Shown here in pieces: positions 25,121 to 38,762 of a DNA stretch of 64,000 nucleotides. How positions within the stretch are numbered: the first letter of the stretch is position 1; each line of letters opens with the position of its first letter. The DNA comes from Octopus vulgaris. Taxonomy: Eukaryota. Made by a program: the position numbers and the translations under genes. The notes beneath the pieces are model-generated. The model did not search any database, was not told the origin of the DNA, and was given only the letters and a program-made list of their open reading frames with translations. The DNA lies in the NCBI GenBank assembly GCA_951406725.2, contig OX597814.1, forward strand, positions 21,700,001 to 21,764,000, read 5' to 3'.

Positions 25121-25457
25121 GAGACCCCTTTCGGTCATGACTGACCATGGGATTACACCTAGAAAGTTACCCTCCCAGGCACAAGGTTATTTACGGGCAA
25201 GGTTATTTACGGAAGACCAGCAGTCACCCATGCATACCGGCCTCCCCTCTCCACGCCACCAGTGTTATCAAAGAGAAAGGCAAAGGCCGATACAGCTTGG
25301 CACCTGTGACGTCGCAGCTCAGTTCTACAGCTGAGGGAACTGGAGCGACGTGAAATAAAGTGTCTTGCTCAAGAACACAACACGCAACCTGATCCGGGAT
25401 TCGAACTCACAACCTCACGACCGTAAGCTCGACGCTCTAACCACTGAGCCATGCGCA
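25121..25457 (-). mobile_element. tRNA-derived SINE family D
   Basis: Head GCGCATGGCTCAGTGGTTAGAGCG...GAGTTCGAATCC; homologous to 44630-44965. Confidence 0.85.
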
Positions 25458-25531
25458 TACATGTGTATGTATGCATACAAACACACTCACATATATATGT
25501 TCATACGTAACATATATATGTTCATACGTAG

Positions 25532-25603
<72 letters not shown>

Positions 25604-25624
25604 CATTATTATTATTATTATTGA

Positions 25625-26169
25625 GTGAGAGAGCAGTGCATGCCATCAAAGTGACACTGGAGTAAAATTTACGAAGCCCAGTATACACATCATGACTACC
25701 TGTCTGATAAGGGTACACCAGGCACATGCATCACAACCATATGTGTGCGACATGGTGAAGATAAACAGCACATGACCTTGCAGGTGGGGCCCAGTTAGAA
25801 TTTTCTTCAGGTCGAGTAACCCATCCTGCTCAAAAGGTCCCTGAATAAGGGTTGTTTAAGGATGTTGAACGAAAAACCCATGTTTTCAGAGGTGATTTAT
25901 TAAAACCCCAAAGAATCCCTCTCACCACATGGCTACGATGCTCCCCCACTACTTCTGCTCATGATCAGAGATGCACATATCGTCAGCCACTAAGGGACAT
26001 GCTCAACTGGTTAAGGTCAAACAACTGACAAGCAAATCTGTGGTATTGAGCAGAATATTTACTGTAGCCCATCTTTTATACCAAGACAAAACAATGTACA
26101 AGATAACACTTCCAATCAGTTGACATCAGAAGCCATGAGAGCCACTGCCTGGTACTGCATCAGGGCATT
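25625..26169 (-). mobile_element. Non-coding retroelement embedded in (TAA)n; second copy at 42413-42812
   Basis: Flanked by (ATT)n on both sides; extended identity with the reverse of 42413-42812. Confidence 0.8.
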
Positions 26170-26174
26170 TATGA

Positions 26175-26234
<60 letters not shown>

Positions 26235-26235
<1 letters not shown>

Positions 26236-26372
26236 GGCTGCCCCCTCGTTATTGAGTATGGCCATTGCACGAAGCTTAACTGTTATTGGTGCTATGATCG
26301 AATGTGACATTTTAGCCCAGTTAAAGACCTACAATGTCTTGTACAGAATTGGCAACGAAAACCTTTACCGGT
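26235..26372 (-). mobile_element. RTE-clade LINE 3' end
   Basis: C2H2-like FRCQFCTRHCRSLTGLKCHIRS, short 3' UTR, TAA tail. Confidence 0.6.
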
Positions 26373-26933
26373 AACATATATAAGTTTATACGTAACATAC
26401 ATGCATACATACATACATACATACATATATATATATATATACCCACTCATATATGCACACACACACACCCGCACACACATGCATTCACACACACACACAC
26501 ACTTATGCATGCATGTGTGTATTTATACATATAATGCTTTTACTTTAGAAATGTGTGAGTTCGAGCTCTCTGTATAGCACCGTAATAAAATGCCAAGTGC
26601 TTTTAGAAATCAAAAGCCTTTCAGTTGTGACTCTTTGGTTTTTTTAGGGAAACTTGTGATCGAACACAACCTTGTGAGTTAAATTTCACACTCTATAGAT
26701 GGGAACTACGGTGGAACCATTCCTATTCTTTGATGGTAAACTAAATAATTCGGCTACGGTTTCACCTTCGGTGCCCTGGGAACTGTCTTCTCTTTGAAAC
26801 TAATTCAGTCAAGCCGTCAATCTTCTCTGTACTTTCATCTGTGATGAATGCCTTGAAAGAAAATTTACCGTTCTTCCTCTGACTAAGCTTTTAAAATAAA
26901 TAAACTATAACGCTTAAATGTTTACAAGTGGAT

Positions 26934-26987
<54 letters not shown>

Positions 26988-27071
26988 CCGCGCGCGCGTG
27001 CGTTTTCAACGTAGGTGACTATATGGCAACTCCGAAGAAGCTGTCAAACGTCCTTGTAAAAATTATATATA

Positions 27072-28550
27072 CAGGTGTTGGACAAAATAATTAAAACACC
27101 TAGCATCATAGCATCATAATTTTGAAATATCTATAAAACCGTCACAAGCTTTACTCTTTTACTCTTTTACTTGTTTCAGTCATTTGACTGCGGCCATGCT
27201 GGAGCACCACCTTTAGTCGAGCAAATCGACCCCGGAACTTATTCTTTTGTAAGCCCAGTACTTATTCTATCGGTCTCTTTTGCCGAACCGCTAAGTAACG
27301 GGGACGTAAACATACCAGCATCGGTTGTCAAGCAATGCTAGGGGGACAACCACAGACACACAAACACACACATACATATATACATATATATACATATATA
27401 CGACAGGCTTCTTTTCAGTTTCCGTCTACCAAATCCACTCACAAGGCATTGGTCGGCCCGGGGCTATAGCAGAAGACACTTGCCCAAGATGCCACGCAGT
27501 GGGACTGAACCCGGAACCATGTGGTTGGTTAGCAAGTTACTTACCACACTTATTTATATATATATATTTTTTTAATTATTATTATTAGTGTTGCTTAATA
27601 TGTTTTGCTAAAATTGCTGTTTCTTTTCAGATATCATCAGAAAAAGGTAATTAAAATTCATGAAAATGACAGATCTGTAGAACTTTCAAAGAGATAAAAT
27701 TGTTGGTGCTTGTATGGCAAGCGCTAGCGTAACTAAAACAGCCGAAATGTTTGGTGTATCAAGAAGTGCTGATTCGAAAGTAATGACAGCCTTTGACAAA
27801 GACGGAAAAACCTCCTCGTCGAAACAAAGTCCAGAAGAAAACCAAAACTTTCAGATAGGGACTGTTGGACTCTTTCGCGAATCTTAGAAAGGATCACAAA
27901 AGTACAGCTCACAGAATTACTGCCGAGCTTAATGACCACCTCGTGGACCCAGTTTCCACAAAACCTGTTCGCCGGGAGCTGCGCAAAGCCGGACTTCACG
28001 GGAGGGCTGGAATCAGAAAACCACTGCTTTCAAAATCAAACGTTGCAAAGCGTTTAGAGTGGAGTAAAAAACCTACAATATTGGTCCCTAGAGCAGTAGA
28101 AAAATGTTATTTTCTCGGACGAGTCATCCTTTACCTTATTTTCGACCAACCGCAGAGTATATGTGTGGAGACAGCCAAAAGAAGCATTTGATCCAGACTG
28201 CCTTCTTTCAACTATTAAACACGGAGGACGATCTGTGATGATCTGGTGGGGCTATATCTTGGAAATCCGCCGGCCTAATGGTTTCCCTTCATGGCAGAAT
28301 TAAAAGTCGACACTATTTACGCATTTTATCTCATCAAATTCATCCCATGGTAGCGGAACTGTTTCTGGAGGGAAACGCAATCTTTCAGGATGATAATGCA
28401 CCAATTCACACAGCTAAAGTTGTTATTGAATGGCACGAGGAACATTCTAGTGAAGTTGAATATCCTATCTGGCTACCACAGTCCCCAGATCTCAATATTA
28501 TTGAACATTTATAGTGCCTTTTAGAAAAACAATTTAAGGAGTCGATATCC
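27072..28550 (+). mobile_element. Degenerate Tc1 (DD34E) transposon with nested SINE
   Basis: TA|CAGGTGTTGGACAAAATAAT TIR; RKPLLS, IFSDES, KHGG, FQDDNAPIH, WLPQSPDLNIIEHL motifs with frameshifts; right end missing. Confidence 0.9.
27150..27549 (-). mobile_element. SINE family B nested in Tc1
   Basis: Reverse complement of 53325-53735; (AAAAGAGT)n tail. Confidence 0.9.
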
Positions 28551-28714
28551 TCTACACACACATTTACACACAACAGTCCTTCAGTAAAAAGAACTCGGAA
28601 CGTCGGGCCTCCAATCAGGCCTTTCGCGAGGAACTTTTCAACAACCCTTCGCATATATATGCATGTCTCGAAAGAAAGGACAAAGGAATAAACGAGTAAC
28701 TTGTGATCGTCATT

Positions 28715-28784
28715 AGCTTACAGCTGCTTCCACTTTAAGATGTAATTGAGTGCCTTAGTAACACCTTACAGCTCTATCAGAGCT
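28715..28784 (-). ncRNA. Degenerate type I hammerhead motif
   Basis: Reverse strand agct-CTGATAGA-gctgtaag..cttaaagt-GGAAGC-agct-GTA-agct. Confidence 0.4.
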
Positions 28785-29190
28785 TAGTGTATATGTGTTG
28801 TTAAACGCTTTTTGGGCGGCGGTATTTCAGTCCGGGAAGATCCCTTTAACGACGAAGAGTGTTAAAGAAAACACATTATACTTCAAGACTAGGAGAAACG
28901 AATCGCTTCGAAAGTGAACGAGAACGACAGATATCGATATTTCGCTTGTCGTTTCTGCTCATCGGTACCGTATGTTCAAATCTCCCATGAAACGAACTCG
29001 AATCTCTGGCCTGAAGTATATACTGAAAGAGTAAAATCTATCTGTTGATGTGCAAAAGCACCGCATATGTAAAGCAGAATTCAAATTTTGTGTTAGAAGT
29101 AGTTCTATGATGTGAACATTATCAACGCCACACACTTAATATATGTGTGATCTGGTTTCGAAGTATTCTATTTTAACATTCTACGTCTTA

Positions 29191-29271
<81 letters not shown>

Positions 29272-30344
29272 TTATATTTATAACTACGCATGAAAGCAAA
29301 CGTGTGTAAGTCCAAATACATACCTTCCTACACATAGTTTTTCTTTACATATACATTCACATCCATATATGCAAGCAAATATTACAATGCATCCAAATAT
29401 TTTCATTACTTCTGAAAGAGTCAAAAAATATCAAAACCAAAAATCATTTAACCAAAAACAAGAGATGCAATGGAACAATTTTATGGGAGCCTACGTTGGA
29501 TGCCTCTATGCAGTCACTCTACATGCTAGAAATAGCAACCAAAATACTTCAACTTACGCAGTACCCTTTAGAAAAAATGGAAGGATACTTTGGACAACGT
29601 AGTCCAGTATCCGAGGAAAATACAAACGAGATGATCATGGCTGAATTGTCTATGATCATGAGTCTGTTTGATCAGGTCTGACATGGGACTAAAGAACAAT
29701 ATCTGAGGGTGGGAGAGAGAGTTTATAATTCACTTCTATTTTGTGAAGCATAAATAACGCATTCTCCATTATCCAGAGGAGAATCTGGATGAAGCTGGAA
29801 ACTTTGATGTTACTAAACATGATTTTAAAATAAAATAAATAAGTAAAAACTTCAAAGACACGAGAATGCCAGAAACATTTGAATGTTGGCTTGATACTTT
29901 AGAATACTTACTTAATTTTTTGTTTTGCTTTGTTCTTGTTTTTTCTTTTAGCTGCTATATATAAAATATATATATAAAATATATATATAAAATAATCTCG
30001 TTTAAAAAATAGCTAAATAATAAAACAGTCGTGTTTGATCCTGTATACATAGACGCCTCATTGAAATACATATAGTTATGAACCATGGGAAGGAGTCACT
30101 GAGAGGTTACTCGACTTGCTAGAAATAGCAACCAAATCTCTCATTCAACCCAGAGATTATCTCCTACATCCTTAGGAAAAGAAAAGACACATTGGACATA
30201 AAGTATTGGATAGACTAGATGGCTAGTTCATCGCAGGAGCATCTTTCTTCAGAGATTCACTCGATCAGGGTTCTTCTAGAATAAAGCAACTAAATATCAA
30301 CGCATCCAGCCTTCCGTCAAAACATCCATCCATTCATCCATCAA

Positions 30345-30620
<276 letters not shown>

Positions 30621-30967
30621 TCGATGATCAAGATGCTTGCTCTTAAAATAGGATTTCCTCCACAGGGCTGAATGAGTCAATACATAAAATATAGTTATTC
30701 GTACGTTGTATGAAGGCTTCGATAATTTTCATCGATCATTTATTGCTGAGTTCTTAAGATTTCCATTATTCGCACAAAATCCTATAAATTCTCTACACCA
30801 ATTGCATAGAGTACCCATAATAGGCTTTAGCATATAGCGTACTCAACAAAATTTGAAACCACCATCTTCTGATTCTTTTCTTTATATTTTCTACACACAA
30901 GCGCGTGAGCGCAAGCATGCAAGCATCTGTGCGTTAGTGGGTGTATGTATGCTCATAAGTGTATATA

Positions 30968-31492
30968 TTGGGTTGTCCGGAAAGTTTGTGCTGATTTATA
31001 GTAGCTTACCTTTCGACTTATTTTAGTACATGGTTGAGTCCATAAAATATGATTTGACTACACCTCCATTTAGAGCACAGTTTAAGTTATCTTTTCGTGG
31101 AAGAAGGTTTATGTTCCTATAACCTGTGTTAATTCTGTAACCCTTTAAAAAGGAAAATAAGAAAGTTCATTTTCGGCACTTGATGCTTTGGGAACCAGAC
31201 GAAAATTGCTGCAGCTCGGCTGGGATGTGTTACCCACCCTCCATATTCACCAGATATTGCTCCTTCGGTTTTCCACTTATTCAGGTCTCTGCAGAATAGT
31301 CTTAATGGTAAAAATTTCAATTCCTTGGATGACGTAAAAAGATACCTTGATGAATTATTTGCCATAAAACCACCTCAATTCTGGGAAGAGGGTATTTTCA
31401 AGTTAAAGGAAAGATGGAGACGCATTGTGCAACAAAATGGTTCGTATTTGGTTGATTAAAAACATAATGGCAAGCATTTATTGACAACCCAA
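30968..31492 (+). mobile_element. Internally deleted mariner, same family as 49177-50446
   Basis: TA|TTGGGTTGTCCGGAAAG...ACAACCCAA|TA; retains HPPYSPDIAPS C-terminus. Confidence 0.9.
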
Positions 31493-31617
31493 TATATGCC
31501 AGCATATGTTTGCATATCTATGTTTACATGTGTATATACATATATGCATATACATATGTGTTTGTGCGGGTGTGTGCATTTAAGCACTAAATGTATGTGC
31601 AATTCACACACACACAA

Positions 31618-31720
<103 letters not shown>

Positions 31721-33671
31721 AAGAGAGAGAGATTTATGATGAACGGCAAATATTTATGCCACGCAATAACGTAATAAAGTCAATTGCCTGATCTTCATCT
31801 TGCAGCCCATCCATCAATGCTATTAATAGGCGATCAGCCTGAATAACTTCAGGATGTAGAAACTGATGTTGTGACGTTCATGTTTTTCTCATTAATTTCG
31901 ATTGTACATATGTCATTGTTGCTTAGTTACAAGTCAGCTTTGATGAAGAAAGTCTATGATGAAAAGAGTTCCAACCATAGCTATTCTGTTCTCTTTAATT
32001 TTATATATTTAAGATTATATTGTTTAATGTATACTTTTGCTTCTTGTTAGCTGACCTGATCGTACAGACCAGTAATAGAAGGCTCTCTATCCTCGATCAT
32101 TCCGTTTTTTAATTTGACATAATATAATTATGGCGTGAATAATTTTACTCGTCTTTAAAATCAATTGATTTGAGGAAATTTCAGCTGCTATTGCTAGCTG
32201 ATTGAGCATTTTCGAAGATGTCTATTCGTGGGCCCCGTATTCCTTTTGAAAGACGGTAAGGTTTGATTTGATCAAAGGAAGAAATGGATATTATTTGCGG
32301 TCGCTTGATCGAGGATGATACTCTCGTGTTGAAATAGCATTCTTCTTGCTCAGTGGAAGAAAACAATCGCTAAGACATCCAAGCAAGGGATTTTGTTAGA
32401 ACTTGCTTTTTCCTAGAAGAGCTGCAATAAAGAGGCCAACAAGATGAAGAGAAGGAAATATACTAAGCTGGTAGCGATATGCCGAAACAGCAGGTGTTGC
32501 GCATGATGCTATCACATCGAGGTGGGATGCAGTGGGTTCGCAAGCAGCCTCTCTGCAGACTCAAAAAATGCTGAATATCATAAAGGCCTTTAAACAGAAG
32601 ACCACCGAGTTAACCCCCGAAACAATAGTAGTTGCTTCATGATTAATGCGAATCAGAAGACCGAACCGCAGATGGAGTAGTGCTACTTGGATACAATCCG
32701 AGACTTGATCAAATTCAGATGCGTCTTCCGAGCGAGGGTGTGTGCTGTAAGACCCAATATACCACCAATACCCTAGGTAACATCACTGAGAATGTGTTGA
32801 GGCATATCACAAGCTGAAAACGAAGATTGCATCTTTCTTCTTCTCAAACAAGCATTGGAAACCATATTAGATGAAATTCTGCTTTTCCGCGGTCCTAGCA
32901 ATCCAAAGGTCGGCACTGCTTTCAGCTTCACAGGATTTAGTAAATAAATTCTGATCAAATACTGGAGAGGTTTTAATTTAATCAGCTATACCTTCTCATA
33001 AAATAATCTCTGGCTTGGGTCACCGAAGTATGTAGAATTTATCATTTGTACCACAGCCTGAAGATGACATATGTTAATACGCTTCAGGCTTTCTTGTTTT
33101 AATCTAAATAGATTTCAGAGAGTTTATTTATTTTTCTTCACTTATTTATTAGTTCCTGTTCCAGTATAAAGAAAACAGACATTGCATGTGGGAACCGACA
33201 GCCATTTAGCCAAACTATAGAGTCAGAAGCATTTAGAATTTGGAGGAATACAAGACGGTGAACTTCGTCGTTTTCTTCTCAGAATCAGACAGTTTCAAGA
33301 TGCAAAATATGATAAATGGTTGACCTGAAGAGGTGCCTCCTCGATCAACAGATTTGGGTCCATCGGATTTCTTTTTAAAGATTGCTATTTATTAGTCCAA
33401 TAAATGTCACGAGGGCTACGATAACTAATTCGATTCAACAGTATAATTGAAAATCTACTCCAAAGCATATTTCGAGAACTTTAAAAAAAGGGGTCACGAT
33501 TGCTCGATGGTCAGGCTGAGAATTGTCAATCTCAAAATTAAAGTTTATCTAGAAATGAAATAAGTTCTTTCACTTATCTTTTTTCAAAGATTACTTCTAC
33601 TATTATAAAGAAGTAAACTTAAAGAACTTTACAATTGTTCTAGGACTCTAATGATCTTGTGCATATCTGTG

Positions 33672-34082
<411 letters not shown>

Positions 34083-34585
34083 ATCAATGAATGTAATGTA
34101 CATATTTCATATTTCGTCCCAGAAATTCATCCATTAGTGAACACGAACTAACGTGAGAGGCAATACCCCGTTTGCCTGACATACTAGAAATAGTAACCAA
34201 ATTATCTCGATTCAAACCCTACCAACTTTTAGAAGAAGGAAGGCCACATTCGCTCATCGGTCTATTCAACCTGAGGTTGACCCGGGGCTAAACAACCACA
34301 ACAGTTAATAGCATGCATTAAATAGGAAAACATGATTTTTCACTGCTGCTATGCCAAGCAGGTGGTCAACTTGCCCATTTATTAGTGCCAAGATCTCTCC
34401 CATCTCTTTACCGATATCATTAGTTCGCCACGACAAAATTAGCATTTATGCAGCTGTACGTAGCTGAAGACAGAATTTTGATATATTCATATGTGGGTGG
34501 TAATGTAAATAACTGAGGCGATGCTATAGGAATCATTTTTGATGATAAATTAAGAACACAGCCCTAAGAATATTGAATATCGCGT

Positions 34586-34664
<79 letters not shown>

Positions 34665-34677
34665 TGATTGATTGATT

Positions 34678-34710
<33 letters not shown>

Positions 34711-34734
34711 GATAGATGGATGGATAGATGGATG

Positions 34735-34801
<67 letters not shown>

Positions 34802-34864
34802 GGATGGATGGGTGACTGGATGAATGGATGGATGGATGAGATACTTATATATATGTTTACACAA

Positions 34865-34953
<89 letters not shown>

Positions 34954-35092
34954 TCAATGAAATTCCAACTAAATTTGATTTTCACGTTTTATTATTTGTC
35001 ATTTTTTACAATTTTAGAATATTGAAATAAATTAGTACTTTCATGCGTTGCGCAGTAATCAGATTTATGTAGTGACAGTCGTATTCCACAGT

Positions 35093-35149
<57 letters not shown>

Positions 35150-35152
<3 letters not shown>

Positions 35153-35970
35153 GGTCGGCTCCAGCTCGTGTCCGAGCATAGGGTTCGTCAGTTTCCACCC
35201 AGTCTCCTGCAGTTTGTGCAGAAAGTGACTTTGGAGTCCAAATCGGTGGTGAAAGACTCGTGGGCAGAACTTGCACGAGATGGTCGGTGCGTTTTGCCTC
35301 CTCATTCTTTTGTCAGTTCTTCTCGAAGGAGCTGGCTCCATTGTTGATAGCAGTACTCTATGCTGTCCTATCCATAGCAAAAGTTTCCATGAGGAATGCT
35401 GGATGTTAGCTTGAGCCAATGTCCGTTAGAGCTGGTCTTCAAAACAGAATTTCGGACCTCCTCTTGGTCTTGTTCCGATTGCAAGTTCTCCGTAGAGCAT
35501 GATCCTTGGGAGACGAGAGGGCTCCATACGCTGGACGTAATACGACCAGCGGAGACGATGGCGTATAATGGTGGCCTCGACACTTGTTAGCGTGATCTTC
35601 CTATTGTATGTTGAGGATCTATCATAGCTTCGATTACTCGAAGCACTCAATGTGCTTGAAGTCACGGCGGTAAAACGTCCAAGTCTCACAAGTGTCGAGT
35701 TGACGGAAGACCCATGGTCTTTGTCCGGATGGTCAGCGCGTGATTGAAGAATACACGCTGGCTGAGTCTGCCGAAGGCGGAGTGGGCCGCCCCAATCCGG
35801 TTCTCCACATCTCTTTCACACGTGGGGTGGGGTCTTCGAAAGGATACTTCCAAGGTATGTAAAGTATTCAACTTCTTCTAGGGGTTGGTTGTTGATGCTA
35901 ATGTTTGTGGCTGGACTCAGCCTGGTTCAGTTTGGATTGAAGAATTCGCCATCCAAGCAACAAGTCAAGA
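35150..35970 (-). mobile_element. RTE (BovB-like) LINE 3' portion, degenerate
   Basis: DVENRIGAAHSAFGRL, RLRWSYYVQRMEPSRLPRIMLYGEL..G.RPRGG, terminal CKFCPRVFHHRFGLQSH. Confidence 0.85.
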
Positions 35971-35999
35971 ATCTAAGGAAGCTTTTTGATTCGACTCTA

Positions 36000-37250
36000 A
36001 GATACTACTTCTATTCAAAAATTCAAGAAAAACTTTGAGGTTTGGCTCACCAGGTTCGACAAGTCAGGCCTGCCTAGTAGATTCAAGGCCTGACATAAAT
36101 CTTTCTATTCATCTCTGAAATTTTATGGCCTCTGCTGTTTTACAAGGTTATATTAACAATAGCTGAATTCATCAGGTAGAAGAAAGGTAAATCGATGATT
36201 TTCTCAACTTGCGAATACGGTTTCCCCGGCACTGTACAATTCCGGTGATATCTTTCAGTTCCCATTCACTTACCTCACTGGAGAATTTAAGGTATTGCGA
36301 CGGAAAGAAATCTTACAATGCAGGGACTCCAAGGACCAGGAGGTATCATCAGCTGGCATCAGGATGAGAACGGGAAAGAAAAGAGTAGGAAAACAGTGCA
36401 AATGGCGTTTAATGCAAACACGTTTAATGCAAAATGAGCTCATGGGCATCGTTTTTACAGGCAGAACAAGCTTGAGCTAGAGCTACAAGAATCAGGTAGG
36501 CAAGGCTCAAGATAAGGAGACTCGTCACTTTATACAAGAAAAGGTATGGGAAGACACAGAGGAAGAACAAGTGAGCAGACCTGTGGGACTCAAACAGCAG
36601 GTAGAGCAGACAATGTAGGAGAGTGCGTAGCAAAGTAAGATTAATTGGTCAATTCAAGCATTCTTCCAACGTCTTCCAATCCTTTGTGCAAGTTGTCTAC
36701 GATGTCCTGCTAAGCCAAATAATCGCTAAAGCAAGAAGACACTATGACTGGAAGATGTGTGTTAGTCTAGGAGATTTCTGAAGTTTTCACATTACATAGT
36801 AGTAATAACATCCTGACCAGATATAATCACCTCTCAAGCGATAAGGCAGCAGATTCTGCTGGAACATACAGTAAGGATGGGTGTTTTGAAGAAATCATTG
36901 ACAGGAAACGTGCGAAATACAAAGAATTGGTGAAGTGCCAGAACAGAGGCTCGAAAGCACATTATGAAACTATAAAGGTGTCTGTAGAGAGTTTGCAAGA
37001 CAACCATTATGAAAAGTCTTCAGCCTATCATGCTTTATTATTGAAGTGGCAACGAAAAAGGGTCATTCAGATTACAAACGAAGCTGCAATGAAAGATATA
37101 ATGGGGCTTTAGATTAAGAGAGTTGGATCTATGGGTTGATGTCTTTTGTTCCCCGGACTCATTCGGGGTATGGTGTTGAAAGACCCAAAACACCTCATAA
37201 TCCGAAGCTATGTTGCAGAGGATTGTTCTCAGTTTATCCAGGAAACCAGA
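36000..37250 (+). mobile_element. Degenerate HERO-like RLE non-LTR retrotransposon 3' part
   Basis: Pseudo-translation PDII...ILLEHTV...RKRAKYKELV.C...; 3' UTR-like GTTGAAAGACCCAAAACACC; boundaries approximate. Confidence 0.6.
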
Positions 37251-37269
37251 GGTATCTTGCTCGCACATA

Positions 37270-37273
37270 ATAC

Positions 37274-37327
<54 letters not shown>

Positions 37328-37491
37328 TTATGTATATGTGTGTACATGTGTACATGCGTATGTGTGTGCGCGTTTGCGTGCTTGCGTGCGTGCGTGTGTG
37401 TGCGTGTGTGTGCGCGCGTGTGTGTGTGCGCGCGTGTGTGTGCGCATGTTTGTGCGTGTGTATGTGTGTGTGTGTGTCTGTCTGGGTGTGT

Positions 37492-37575
<84 letters not shown>
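37270..37575. repeat. (CA)n/(TG)n compound microsatellite
   Basis: Direct inspection. Confidence 0.95.
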
Positions 37576-37991
37576 CTGCTTGAATGAAAAAGCACAAGCA
37601 AAAATCTTAGAGTAGTAATGAGTGAATCATCAGCTTCGATCAAATAAATTAACTCTACTGCATGCAGTGAATAATTTTTCTCTTCTTTATAAACCCAAAT
37701 GCGCCTGCGTAAGTATTTGAACAGAGAGAGAGAGAGAAAGAGAGAGAGGTGTATGTAATGAAATTAATTTATCATTGTTTATGGTGATAAAATTCTTGGC
37801 AGATTGATAGCAGTTTTAGTAGACATTATTTGAATACTAAATTAAATTAATTAAGGTGTAGCAACACAGGTTCTAAACAAAAAAGTAAAAAAATTTGTAA
37901 TTCAAATAAATTCTTGTCAAGAAGCTTGTTTCATATTTCTTTATATATTTTTTTTATATGTACTCTATGGTAGTACATTAACTTTTTCAAA

Positions 37992-38383
37992 TCTCTATAT
38001 ATATAAAGCTGAAGGTGTCTTTGTATGGCAGGTTTGGTAGCCTTCAACTAACACTATCTCCTCCGAGACCCTGCGGCGTAAGTTGACCAAAATTAAAAGT
38101 ATGATAGAAGAAGGCTTGCTCTTCCTTCCGTAGAAGAAAATATTCAAATCGGACCATGTTAACATCAAAAATTATTTACATCAAAAAGGTGCTTTTTTTC
38201 TATGAAAGTCCCTATTTTTTACGATTTTTGACTTGCTGTGTCGCCATGTTTCGGTGTATTTCATCAAGAAGAATGTTCACTTAAAGAGAATAACAAGCTA
38301 CATAATGCGAATTTTTTACTTTTCAAAAATTCCAATTCTAAAGGGCCGAAACAAACCCGACCAACGCCAGGCGATACTGCTAG
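37992..38383 (+). mobile_element. Non-autonomous Helitron
   Basis: A|TCTCTATATATATAAAG ... CCCGACCAACGCCAGGCGATACTGCTAG|T; near-identical copy at 51441-51834. Confidence 0.85.
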
Positions 38384-38762
38384 TGTAAAATAAAATTCTA
38401 CATCTGTTTCTACTGTAGGTATAGGTCACAAATTAGGTTGGGAATGAGAACATCTGACTAAATGGAACCAGGTAAATATTTTACATCGGAGATGCTTTGC
38501 CACACGCATCAACTGCAGGAGCAAGTCAGTGATATTGTAAGTTATTCCTTCTGAATCCATTGCAGTGTTGGAAATCTTTCTGTATCATTAGTAGGTATCT
38601 CAGGGTTACAAGCGTTTCGCCCCTGTACGCTTCGTCTGAGTGCGGCAGCGAGAGCTGAGTTAGTCTTTGGCTGCGTAAGGGTTCCACTTGCGGTCTCTTG
38701 TTAATCACAGCTGCAAAAGAAGTTGACTGCAGTAGAATTTGAACTCAACATGTAAAGCAATG

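Noticed and set aside
32150-33530. Possible old LINE RT remnant
   Set aside because: Composition looks coding-like but no diagnostic motif could be read reliably
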